Assembly: GCA_018897195.1 (NCBI GenBank)
Contig: JAHILH010000001.1
Coordinates: 348,565 to 412,564 of the forward strand
DNA: 64,000 nt
Origin: Patescibacteria group bacterium
GTDB lineage: Bacteria; Patescibacteriota; Patescibacteriia; Patescibacteriales; UBA12075
Reading direction: 5' to 3'
Shown one piece after another: positions 25,281-34,204 of this stretch. The position numbers and the translations under genes were made by a program. Positions within the stretch are counted from its first letter, which is position 1. Every line of letters starts with the position of its first letter. The notes under the pieces were generated by a model. It worked only from the letters and a program-made list of their open reading frames with translations, did not search any database and was not told the DNA's origin.

Positions 25281-25961
25281 TTACAACATATACTTACCAT
25301 TTTCTTGGTCACTGACAATTTGACCGCCATCAATGGTAATAACGCGTCTTTTGAGGTTATTCACTACTTCCCGATTATGAGTTACCAACAAAACCGTGGT
25401 ACCAAATTTGTTAATTCGTAATAGCAAGTCAATAATTTCGTTGGTATTCAAAGAATCAAGATTTCCAGTTGGCTCGTCAGCTAATAAAATCTTTGGTCGA
25501 TGCACCAAGGCGCGTGCAATCGCTACGCGTTGTTGCTCTCCACCAGATATTTCCATTGGGTAACGATGCATTTTTGATTCAAGGCCAACAATCTTCATAA
25601 CGTGTGGGACAATTTTTTGAATCTTGGCGTTCTTGCCGCCACAAACCTGCATCGCAAAAGCGACGTTTTCAAATAAAGTCTTTTTTTGCAATAGTTTAAA
25701 ATCTTGAAAAATAACGCCGATCTGTCGTCTTAATACCGGTATTTCGCGCTGACCAATATTAGTTACATCCCAGCCACCGATAATAATTTTACCGTCGTCG
25801 ATCTTCTCTTCACCAATCAACGTTTTCACTAGTGTGGTTTTACCAGTACCAGATTGTCCAACAATTGAAACAAATTCTCCCGGTTTGATATGGAGATTAA
25901 TATTGTTCAAGGCTTTATAATCCTTGGTGTATGATTTTATAACATTTTGATATTGAATCAT
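25281..25961 (-). CDS. ftsE: Cell-division ABC transporter ATPase FtsE
   Basis: Walker A GQSGTGKTT, signature ISGGEQQRVAIARAL, Walker B LLADEPTGNLD. Confidence 0.9.
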   Translation of the reverse strand: MIQYQNVIKSYTKDYKALNNINLHIKPGEFVSIVGQSGTGKTTLVKTLIGEEKIDDGKIIIGGWDVTNIGQREIPVLRRQIGVIFQDFKLLQKKTLFENVAFAMQVCGGKNAKIQKIVPHVMKIVGLESKMHRYPMEISGGEQQRVAIARALVHRPKILLADEPTGNLDSLNTNEIIDLLLRINKFGTTVLLVTHNREVVNNLKRRVITIDGGQIVSDQENGKYML

Positions 25962-25965
25962 TTTT

Positions 25966-27612
25966 TTAGGAATTCAAATTTATTAAACTATATTTTATTA
26001 ATTTTTCGGTTTCATAAAAACTAGTACTTCTATCCTCGGCACCAAACGTGACCACGATAACACTGTCGCCATTATAACTCACTCGACTCATTAAACAGTA
26101 GCCCGCCTCCACCAAATAACCAGTCTTTGAACCGGTAATGTCATATTTATTACCAGTGACCAATCTATTAGTGTTTACTAAACGATGATATTTCTTAGTG
26201 TTTTTTGTAAAGAATTCGTAACTAGTTGCGGTACTCACCTTCTTAATCGTGGCATTTTTCATTACCGCCTTGGTAATAACCACGTAATCCTGAACGGAAC
26301 TAACGTTCTGTGGCGCCAATCCAGTTGGCTCGATAAAATATGATGAATTTGCACCAATGCTTTTTACATACTTATTCATTCTATCAATAAAGACATCTCG
26401 ATCAAGACCAGAAACGCGAACTAAACTTTCAACCGCGTTGTTTGCCGATCCGACCAAGGAAGAATATAACAAATCCTCAATTGTCATTGTTTCACCATCG
26501 GCCACTTTTAACTTCGCAATCGCGCCACCATCATCAACATATGACTGATTATATCTTTCATCTTGCCTGGAATAAGAAACGACTTTTTTTAAATCAGGCT
26601 TAGTGTCCAAAAACACCTTCATAGAAACTAATTTAGTAAGGCTTGCCAGGGGCAAAACCGAGTTGGCATCTTTTTCCCAAATAACATTGCCTGTATTTTC
26701 ATTAACCGCAATCGCCGACTTCACCCTTAAATTCATGTTAATTTTTTCCGTCAAATCAATTTTCGGTACAACTTTTACTTCTGTTTTTTTTACCACTTCC
26801 TTACTATCAAATACCTTTTCCATTACAATAACTCCTAAAACTTTCCCGCCTTCAGGCGCAATATACAATGGCTCAATAGACACATCGATAACACCGGCTC
26901 CCAAGGGTGCCAACGCTTGAAAGGCGACCTTGTCTAAATCAATGACTCGCTCAGGATGCACTTTACGATCAGGACCAAAGTCGTTAACAATCACGTCAAC
27001 AAATTTATTACTATTAAGACTTTTAACTCTTAGCTTTGAACCAATCGGAAAATCAGGTGAGGCCGCGAAATTACCGCCCTTGTGGCTATACCAAGAAGTC
27101 TTGCCCACGGTCATTGTCCCGGGATAGGCAAAAACTGCAATTCTAGCATAGGGCAAATGAATCAATGATCGAACAAAGTTTTCAGCTGGAAAATCAGAAG
27201 TCGGCAATGGTCGCCAAATATTAACTGTTTTATCAAAAAAGAACACTCCCTTGCGACGATTATCAGACTGATCATAGCTTAATTGAATATAAAATGGCTT
27301 GTGATTGTCGTAAGCTTGTTTATTTTTAAATTCAAATTGATAAATATCGCTAATCTTCTCAAATTCAGACGAAGTGGCGATTGGCTCATTGCTCAAGTTA
27401 AGAACTTCAACATCTGTAGAAGACGCCAAAATACCAGGAACTAGGGATAATTTTATTCTATCCGCAAAAGCAGTCACGGTGTATCCCTTCTGGATGGTCG
27501 CGTGATCTAAATTGATGTTAAAATTATTCTCATTCAAAACATTGTCAGCTGATACAGTCGAAAAAGCTAAAAATAAAAAAATTCCTCCCACTAAAAATAT
27601 CCTTTTTGTCAT
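25966..27612 (-). CDS. Secreted fusion protein: RlpA-like DPBB domain + S11 D-alanyl-D-alanine carboxypeptidase domain
   Basis: DPBB: TSWYSHKGGNFAASPDFPIGSKLRVKSLNSNKFVDVIVNDFGP. S11: ASLTK (SxxK), SANN (SxN), SKTGYL (KTG). Start set at MTKRIFLVGGIFLFLAFS (ATG 27612). Confidence 0.75.
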   Translation of the reverse strand: MTKRIFLVGGIFLFLAFSTVSADNVLNENNFNINLDHATIQKGYTVTAFADRIKLSLVPGILASSTDVEVLNLSNEPIATSSEFEKISDIYQFEFKNKQAYDNHKPFYIQLSYDQSDNRRKGVFFFDKTVNIWRPLPTSDFPAENFVRSLIHLPYARIAVFAYPGTMTVGKTSWYSHKGGNFAASPDFPIGSKLRVKSLNSNKFVDVIVNDFGPDRKVHPERVIDLDKVAFQALAPLGAGVIDVSIEPLYIAPEGGKVLGVIVMEKVFDSKEVVKKTEVKVVPKIDLTEKINMNLRVKSAIAVNENTGNVIWEKDANSVLPLASLTKLVSMKVFLDTKPDLKKVVSYSRQDERYNQSYVDDGGAIAKLKVADGETMTIEDLLYSSLVGSANNAVESLVRVSGLDRDVFIDRMNKYVKSIGANSSYFIEPTGLAPQNVSSVQDYVVITKAVMKNATIKKVSTATSYEFFTKNTKKYHRLVNTNRLVTGNKYDITGSKTGYLVEAGYCLMSRVSYNGDSVIVVTFGAEDRSTSFYETEKLIKYSLINLNS

Positions 27613-27723
27613 AATTATGTAGTTTATTCTAATTGCTTTATTATAACATAAAATATAAGGAACGCAAAGACTTGAAATTATTCGCAATTATAGGTATATT
27701 TAAAAATGTGCACTATGCACGAT

Positions 27724-27796
27724 GCCTACGTAGCTCAGTTGGTAGAGCAATGCACTCGTAACGCAGAGGTCGCCGGTTCGATTCCGGCCGCGGGCT
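27724..27796 (+). tRNA. tRNA-Thr (anticodon CGT)
   Basis: Hand-folded cloverleaf. Acceptor GCCTACG/CGCGGGC (one G-U, one A-C). D arm GCTC-AGTTGGTA-GAGC. Anticodon loop CTCGTAA. T arm GCCGG-TTCGATT-CCGGC. No encoded CCA. Confidence 0.8.
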
Positions 27797-27799
27797 CAC

Positions 27800-28954
27800 C
27801 TAATCAACAAAACTCACATAATAGATATTTTTAGCCGCTTCGTCGACATACTCGTCGAAATTTTTGGCTTGAACAAAAATATAACTGAGACTGGTGCTGC
27901 TGTCATTTTTTTCGTAGCACTTAAAAAGATAATAACCATTTTGATCAAAAATAACATCACTCACCTCGCCCATATTGAGTGCCTTGATCTTATCACCGTA
28001 TTCATATTTAGAAAAATCATCAGATCCCAAACTAATTAATTCTCTTTTGTCTCCGTATTTTCCAGCAATTTGATCAAAGTCTCCCCCTTTATTAATTAAT
28101 GTTTTTATTTTTCTAATCCTATTTAAGCCAGTGCTGTTTATTACTTCATTGGCAACAACATCACCAGCTCCATATTTTCGAAAAAATTTCCTCGTAATCA
28201 CATTTTTAATTAATTCCTTTTTCGCCCCGACGCCGTCGCCATTCAGCTTATTTTTCAAATCAATATAATCATAATAATCAACAAGACGATTATCAACAAT
28301 TATAGCCGGCACAGGCAAACATCTATCCAAAAAACGAAAGACGCGATTATCAACTCCATAATTAACGATTAATAAAAATAAAGAAAGATAAATAACACTA
28401 AGCGCCAAAATTGCCACCAACGAAACAAAAGAAAAAATTTCAAGCATTTCCTTTACGCGAATAGTGGTAAAAGAAAAAAATGTTTTACTATGCTTAATTC
28501 TAGCAACGACATGATGTCTTATTTTTGTACTTGTTTTATTGAGAACCTTATTTGAATTCACCTTTCTCTTAGTGAACGTAACTTCTTTTTTTACAGGCTG
28601 TTTTTTAATAATTTCCTTTTCTGGTTCGATCTCGGCAAAACTGCCTTTTTCTGATTGTATCTTTTTTTTATCAACAATCAGTTCTTCTAAAATATTTTTA
28701 CCGACCAATGTATTTTTCTTAAGCTCTTCCTGCCATTCCTTTTTCTGTTCTTCGGCATGCTTTTTTTCCGCTTCCGCAACTACCTCCTTGGTAATTCCAC
28801 TCTGCGGTATTTTTTTTTCAAACAAAATACCATCAACTTTTTTATTGGTTGATTTTGGTGCGTTAAAATCCTCGCCAAGCATGCCTAGGATTATCTCACG
28901 CTTCTTTTTTATCTCATCGGGTGACATTTTTTGAACGCCATCAACATTATTCAT
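27800..28954 (-). CDS. Membrane-anchored protein with Lys/Glu-rich cytoplasmic N-terminus and degenerate parvulin (PpiC/SurA-like) C-terminal domain
   Basis: One central TM segment (FSFVSLVAILALSVIYLSLFLLIV). C-terminal LINKGGDFDQIAGKYGDKRE...GEVSDVIFDQNGYYLFKC resembles the parvulin GGDFxxLAxxYS...G(Y/W)H(I/L) pattern. Confidence 0.45.
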   Translation of the reverse strand: MNNVDGVQKMSPDEIKKKREIILGMLGEDFNAPKSTNKKVDGILFEKKIPQSGITKEVVAEAEKKHAEEQKKEWQEELKKNTLVGKNILEELIVDKKKIQSEKGSFAEIEPEKEIIKKQPVKKEVTFTKRKVNSNKVLNKTSTKIRHHVVARIKHSKTFFSFTTIRVKEMLEIFSFVSLVAILALSVIYLSLFLLIVNYGVDNRVFRFLDRCLPVPAIIVDNRLVDYYDYIDLKNKLNGDGVGAKKELIKNVITRKFFRKYGAGDVVANEVINSTGLNRIRKIKTLINKGGDFDQIAGKYGDKRELISLGSDDFSKYEYGDKIKALNMGEVSDVIFDQNGYYLFKCYEKNDSSTSLSYIFVQAKNFDEYVDEAAKNIYYVSFVD

Positions 28955-28963
28955 AATTTATTA

Positions 28964-29395
28964 TTAACTTTTAGCAAAAAACTGCCACCATCTATAAATA
29001 TTCGAGTCCTTGAAAATATTTTTCTCTTTTTTCTCTTCATTAATATTAAAAACCCCCCTGCTATCTCCGCTATCATCTTTTTTATCTAACGCATTCTTAA
29101 TAACCACCACCCCTTCGTTGTCTTTTCTGTAATTTAAATTCAAACGTGCTTGTTCCAAGACAAATTGATCAGAGTTTAAATAATTGATCATTTTTTTTAA
29201 ATCAGTATTATTACCATCAAGTCTGGCAACCTCTTTTTCCAAATCCTTTATCTCATTATTTATTCTTTTTTGCTTTTGAGCATTGCGAACAATTGGAATC
29301 GTAATATAGACCAAAATAAAAAAACCAATCATACCTATGAAAATAGGATGAAAAAATATTTTGCCAAAATTATATTTTCCGCTTCGCTTTCTCAT
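28964..29395 (-). CDS. Septum formation initiator (FtsB/DivIC family)
   Basis: N-terminal TM segment followed by the coiled coil NEIKDLEKEVARLDGNNTDLKKMINYLNSDQFVLEQARLNLNY. Confidence 0.65.
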   Translation of the reverse strand: MRKRSGKYNFGKIFFHPIFIGMIGFFILVYITIPIVRNAQKQKRINNEIKDLEKEVARLDGNNTDLKKMINYLNSDQFVLEQARLNLNYRKDNEGVVVIKNALDKKDDSGDSRGVFNINEEKKEKNIFKDSNIYRWWQFFAKS

Positions 29396-29397
29396 AT

Positions 29398-29868
29398 CTA
29401 GTCCAATAATAATTCCCGGCTTTTTTTAACCTTTTTAACATAATCAATGCAGACTACATTCTTCTGACTCGCCGGCGCTTCCAAATAATCTTTTATCGAC
29501 AATAAGGACAGCACTAAATTCATGTGCAAATCTTTATATTCCATTGATGGCGCCTTAAGGCCGACAATCTTATTTTTTAAATCATCTATTTGTTGAAAAA
29601 TAAGATCATCACTGCCAAAACTTGGTCTCGCGGAGGTATCATAAATATCGGCTGCCGTAATCACCTGTTCATATTCATCCAAAACATTAAAGATATTTTT
29701 TTTATACTCCTCCTTGTTAATTGTTATTTTTTCCACAGCATTATTCTGAGAACTACCCTCCTTGACTGAGGTTACTTTTAATCTCAAAATGGCAACCATG
29801 AGTAAAACTAAGGTGACCACTAATAAGAGTAATAAAATATTAGCTTTGTTTAAAATTATTTTTTTCAT
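29398..29868 (-). CDS. Hypothetical membrane-anchored protein
   Basis: ORF with a single N-terminal TM segment. No family recognised. Confidence 0.4.
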   Translation of the reverse strand: MKKIILNKANILLLLLVVTLVLLMVAILRLKVTSVKEGSSQNNAVEKITINKEEYKKNIFNVLDEYEQVITAADIYDTSARPSFGSDDLIFQQIDDLKNKIVGLKAPSMEYKDLHMNLVLSLLSIKDYLEAPASQKNVVCIDYVKKVKKSRELLLD

Positions 29869-29873
29869 ATTTT

Positions 29874-30917
29874 TTAGTAATAAACGATTTGAGTTTCTAA
29901 ATCTCTTTTTCTATTTCTGGCCGTCTCCTCGGTAATCTGACCGGCGTGATATAAATTATCAATAGCTTTATTCATGGTAATCATGCCTTCTTGCGAACCA
30001 TTTTGAATGGCGTTGAAAAGTTGTTCGTATTTTCCGGTTCTAATAATATTGGAAATTGCCGCATTGTTTGTCATTATCTCTCTAGCTGCGGCCATGCCAC
30101 CGTTCTTCCCTGGCAAAAGCTGTTGGGCAATAACCGCTCGCAAAACTGACGCCAATTGATGAGCAATCTGATTCTGATTATCAACTGGAAAAAAATCAAT
30201 AATTCTTTCGATGGTTTCTGCTGCTGTCGAAGTGTGCAAGGTTGCCAAAACAAGATGTCCAGTTTTAGCTGCCGTCAGTGCCGCTGAAATTGTTTCGAGG
30301 TCGCGCAATTCCCCCACCATGATTACATTCGGATCTTGACGCAAGGCATACTTGAGCGCCGAGGCAAAACTTTCCGTATCACGGCCAATCTGTCTTTGTT
30401 CAACTATGCTTTGCTTGTCATGAAAATTAAATTCAATCGGATCTTCGATGGTTAGAATATGAGAACGTCTTTCAGCGTTAATCAAATCAATCATAACCGC
30501 TAAAGTTGTTGATTTACCCATACCCGTCGGACCAGTTACCAAAATCAAACCATCACGAAAATGCGTAAATGAGTAAATAGTTTCATTAAGACCGATTTCT
30601 TTGGCAGTCGGAATAACATTCGGCACCAAGCGAGCAGACAAACCGATTTTTCCCTCTTGATAGTGCAAATTAATTCTAAAACGGCAACCAAAAAATTCCA
30701 AAGATAAATCTAAATCCTTTTTTCTCTTAAATCTTTCTAGAGTTGTCTTGTCCAAACTATTAAAGACGGCATATTTAAGCTCGCCAAAGGGTATCTCCGG
30801 CTCTTCCAGTCTGGTTAATTCACCAAAAATACGCAAAGACGGCACGCTACCTTCAACAAGGTGCAGGTCAGAGGCTTTTCTATCTATAGCTAGTTTAAAG
30901 TAATACGGTAAATCCAT
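29874..30917 (-). CDS. pilT: Type IV pilus retraction ATPase PilT
   Basis: Walker A GPTGMGKSTT, IMVGELRD, GHLVLATLHT. The 347-aa length is typical of PilT. Confidence 0.85.
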   Translation of the reverse strand: MDLPYYFKLAIDRKASDLHLVEGSVPSLRIFGELTRLEEPEIPFGELKYAVFNSLDKTTLERFKRKKDLDLSLEFFGCRFRINLHYQEGKIGLSARLVPNVIPTAKEIGLNETIYSFTHFRDGLILVTGPTGMGKSTTLAVMIDLINAERRSHILTIEDPIEFNFHDKQSIVEQRQIGRDTESFASALKYALRQDPNVIMVGELRDLETISAALTAAKTGHLVLATLHTSTAAETIERIIDFFPVDNQNQIAHQLASVLRAVIAQQLLPGKNGGMAAAREIMTNNAAISNIIRTGKYEQLFNAIQNGSQEGMITMNKAIDNLYHAGQITEETARNRKRDLETQIVYY

Positions 30918-30928
30918 TCAATTAAAAT

Positions 30929-31444
30929 TTAAATTATTGATTTAATTTGTTTTAAAAATTCCGGCAAAAACGGTAAAACAATTTTAGCGATTTTCAAAAA
31001 ATATGGGGCCAATTTTGAAGCCAACAACCAATGACCAACCCAGTGATCAACAATAGAATAACGCGCGGTCACAAAAATTATCAAACCAATCGCCAATGAA
31101 CCTTCCAAGAGACCCAAGGCCGCTCCGGCCAATTTATTAATTGTTTTTAAAAAAGGGATTATCGAAATAAAACCGAATATCTTATCTAATAACGACACCG
31201 AAATCATCACTAATTTTTGCACCAGTGAAAAAATAAATAAAAATGCACCCACCTTACCAACATTGGTCCAGCCGTGCAACATTTTTTCAATATAAGAAAA
31301 TAGCAAAAGATAAAAATGACTCGCCACCCAGGCGCCAATAAAAATCCCTAACAAGACGCCAATAGCGCGAATCAAGCCAAAAAAGAGGCCATAAAAAACA
31401 AAGCCTGACAAAATTACTATAAAAACGATATCAATAATTGGCAT
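30929..31444 (-). CDS. CvpA-family membrane protein
   Basis: MPIIDIVFIVILSGFVFYGLFFGLIRAIG start and four TM segments. Confidence 0.65.
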   Translation of the reverse strand: MPIIDIVFIVILSGFVFYGLFFGLIRAIGVLLGIFIGAWVASHFYLLLFSYIEKMLHGWTNVGKVGAFLFIFSLVQKLVMISVSLLDKIFGFISIIPFLKTINKLAGAALGLLEGSLAIGLIIFVTARYSIVDHWVGHWLLASKLAPYFLKIAKIVLPFLPEFLKQIKSII

Positions 31445-31467
31445 AAAAAATTATTAAATAATAAATA

Positions 31468-32577
31468 TCACATCCACCTCTTTCTTTTAAAGAAAATAAA
31501 CAGACTTGAAGCCACTGTTATAATAATACCCCAAACAATAAAATATCCCCACTGTGTTTCCAGCTCTGGCATGTGTTTAAAATTCATGCCGTAAACACCC
31601 ACAATGAAAGTGAGCGGTATAAAAACTGCTGAAAACATTGTTAATATTTTCATTATCTCGTTCATCTTGTTGCTAACACTGGACAAATATAAATCCAACA
31701 TACCGGTTGAAATATCTCGCATCGCCTCTACTGTTTCTATAATCTGAATGACGTGATCGTAGACGTCCTTAAAATACATCTCAACTGATGGAGTTATTAA
31801 TTGATAATTCTCTCTTAACAAATTATTAATAACATCCCGTGATGGCCAGATTGATTTTCGCAAAACTGCCAATTCCCGCTTAGTGCTATAAATCTCATTT
31901 AAAGTTGACTGTTTAGCTTCTTTTATTAACAAATCTTCAATTCGTTCAATATTATCCTCGTATTTTTCCAAGACGACAAAATAATGATCAATAACGGAAT
32001 CAATAATCGCATAAATTAAAAAATCAGTCTTAAGATTACGAATTGCTTCACCCTTTTTCCTGATTCGCGCATACAAAGTTTCAAAAATATCATCATCACC
32101 TTCTTGAAAAGTAATAATATTTTTTTTATTTGCCACAATGCTAACTTGTTCAATATTTACATTGCCACTAGCTTCATCAATATAGGCAACCTTTAGGACA
32201 ATAAATAAATATTTTTTATGATCTTCAATTTTTGGTCGCTGTGTTGAATTAGCAATATCCTCCAGTGTCAAAGGGTGAATTTCAAACATCTGTCCGATTT
32301 CTTTCAAAATCTCAACATCATGAATACCACTGACATTAATCCAATTAGTATTACTTTTTTTGGAGTATTTTGCAATATCACGAACCCTGCCAAGAGCGTG
32401 TTCCGAAAAACCGACCTTGTCGTAATTCATAATTTTCATGCGTATAGCCTCAGATCTTTCCTCACCTATATAACTAATAGTATCAGGCGAAGAGCCTGCA
32501 GCCTTAGTCGCCCGGCTCACTCGTTTTCTAAAAGTCTTAGACTTAATTGAGTTGTTAGAATTTTTTTTTGAATTCAT
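31468..32577 (-). CDS. corA: CorA-family magnesium/cobalt transporter
   Basis: C-terminal GVYGMNF (GMN motif) between two TM helices. Confidence 0.88.
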   Translation of the reverse strand: MNSKKNSNNSIKSKTFRKRVSRATKAAGSSPDTISYIGEERSEAIRMKIMNYDKVGFSEHALGRVRDIAKYSKKSNTNWINVSGIHDVEILKEIGQMFEIHPLTLEDIANSTQRPKIEDHKKYLFIVLKVAYIDEASGNVNIEQVSIVANKKNIITFQEGDDDIFETLYARIRKKGEAIRNLKTDFLIYAIIDSVIDHYFVVLEKYEDNIERIEDLLIKEAKQSTLNEIYSTKRELAVLRKSIWPSRDVINNLLRENYQLITPSVEMYFKDVYDHVIQIIETVEAMRDISTGMLDLYLSSVSNKMNEIMKILTMFSAVFIPLTFIVGVYGMNFKHMPELETQWGYFIVWGIIITVASSLFIFFKRKRWM

Positions 32578-32804
32578 ATTATGGCGTTAATGAGTTATTT
32601 ACTTCATAAATCATTATGCAAAATATAATTATTAAAATAAAAATAAAGAAACTTCTTAACAATAAAATTATAACACAAAAATACAAAAACTTGAAATATT
32701 ATAAAATCAATGCTATTTTACAGTCAAGGGACATCAACCCTCGACTATACAAAAAAATGTAAATTTTTAAATAATAAAATTAAGATTATAAAACTTTTAA
32801 GCAA

Positions 32805-34130
32805 ATGCCGCATAAAATCAAAAAAACAATATTATTATTTGGGGATATATTTGTCTTATATTTTTCGCTGTATTCAACCTTGTTAATAAGATACCAAGAG
32901 AATATTTCAAATGAATGGGATGGTCATGTTTGGTTTTTTAGCACCATCTTTATTTTATGGATTATTATTTTTTATATTTCCAATCTGTACAATTTAAACA
33001 TCACGATTAACACCCAAAATTTTACTCTGCGCGCCCTACGCGCCGTTGGTATTTCCGCTCTCATGTCCATCCTGTATTTCTACCTCAATGCCAATGTTTC
33101 AATTTCTCCAAAAACTAATTTAGCCATTTTTACTATTATCTTTTCGATTATCTTTATTCTATGGCGTCGTCTATATAATTTATTACTCAGTTCTTATTTA
33201 CCTAAAAATAATATCGGTTTTTTGGGATACAACGAGCAAGTTAAGGAATTAATAAAAATTATCAAAGAAAGACCGCAGTTAGGCTTTGCCGTTTCTTTTG
33301 TAATCAAGAAAGAAGAAATTGACAACATAGATATCAAAAAAATCATTCAAGAAAGCCACATCTCCACTGTTATTCTAGCCTCCAATATAGACAGCTCACC
33401 AAACTTAAGACACCAACTATTCTCCTCATTGACCTTAAAAATTAATATCATTAATCTGCCAAAATTTTACGAACACATAACTGGCAAAATTCCGATTGAG
33501 GCCATTAGCCAAATGTGGTTTTTAGAAAATTTAAGCGAAGGTAGTAAGAAATGGTTTGATACGGTAAAAAGAATTTATGATATCATGTTCTCCTCCACAA
33601 TTATCGCCGTCTCTTTTCCCTTTTGGTTTATTATTGCTTTAATAATTAAAAAAGGAAGCCTTGGCCCCGTTTTTTTCGTCCAAGAAAGAACCGGTAAAAA
33701 TAACAAAAACTTTTCGGTTATCAAGTTTCGCACTATGACAGTTAATAACAACAACTACTCCCCAACTATTGGTAATGACAAACGTATTACCAGATTTGGA
33801 AATTTCTTGCGCAAAACCAGACTTGATGAATTACCGCAACTTATCAACATTCTCTTAGGTGACATGAGTTTGGTAGGGCCACGCCCAGAAAGACCCGAAT
33901 ATATCGCAGAACTAAAAAAAGAAATTCCCTTTTACGAAGAAAGAATGTTGGTCAAACCGGGACTAACCGGCTCTGACCAAATATCTGGAGAATATCATTC
34001 ACCTTCCAAGGAAGACACTTTAAAAAAATTACAATACGACCTCTATTATATAAAAAACAGGTCAATCTATCTTGACCTGTCTATTATTCTCAAAACAATC
34101 GCAACTGTTTTTAGCAAGGGTGGAATGTAA
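32805..34130 (+). CDS. Polyprenyl-phosphate glycosyl-1-phosphate transferase (bacterial sugar transferase, WbaP/EpsB-like initiating enzyme)
   Basis: [10 protein letters not shown]..., [48 protein letters not shown]. Confidence 0.88.
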   Translation: MPHKIKKTILLFGDIFVLYFSLYSTLLIRYQENISNEWDGHVWFFSTIFILWIIIFYISNLYNLNITINTQNFTLRALRAVGISALMSILYFYLNANVSISPKTNLAIFTIIFSIIFILWRRLYNLLLSSYLPKNNIGFLGYNEQVKELIKIIKERPQLGFAVSFVIKKEEIDNIDIKKIIQESHISTVILASNIDSSPNLRHQLFSSLTLKINIINLPKFYEHITGKIPIEAISQMWFLENLSEGSKKWFDTVKRIYDIMFSSTIIAVSFPFWFIIALIIKKGSLGPVFFVQERTGKNNKNFSVIKFRTMTVNNNNYSPTIGNDKRITRFGNFLRKTRLDELPQLINILLGDMSLVGPRPERPEYIAELKKEIPFYEERMLVKPGLTGSDQISGEYHSPSKEDTLKKLQYDLYYIKNRSIYLDLSIILKTIATVFSKGGM

Positions 34131-34150
34131 ACCCAAGCCCCACATTTTAA

Positions 34151-34182
34151 ATACCCAGCATTTTTACGTGCTGGGTATTTTT
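34151..34182. terminator. Bidirectional intrinsic terminator between convergent genes
   Basis: ATACCCAGCA (34151-34160) / TGCTGGGTAT (34168-34177), flanked by A/T runs. Confidence 0.75.
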
Positions 34183-34204
34183 ATATACAAGATTATTTTT
34201 GTTA

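Noticed and set aside
27700-27723. Small palindrome GTGCACTATGCAC immediately upstream of tRNA-Thr
   Set aside because: It is a 5-bp stem only, which is compatible with chance or a minor processing signal. That is too weak to call.
32551-32566. A9/T9 homopolymer at codons 4-6 of corA as a phase-variation switch
   Set aside because: Runs of 8-10 A/T are common throughout this AT-rich sequence, including non-coding regions. There is no evidence of an alternative frame with a meaningful product.
32578-32700. Possible Mg-sensing M-box upstream of corA
   Set aside because: The leader is almost pure A/T with no multi-helix structure. Only a TGtTATAAT-like -10 is evident.
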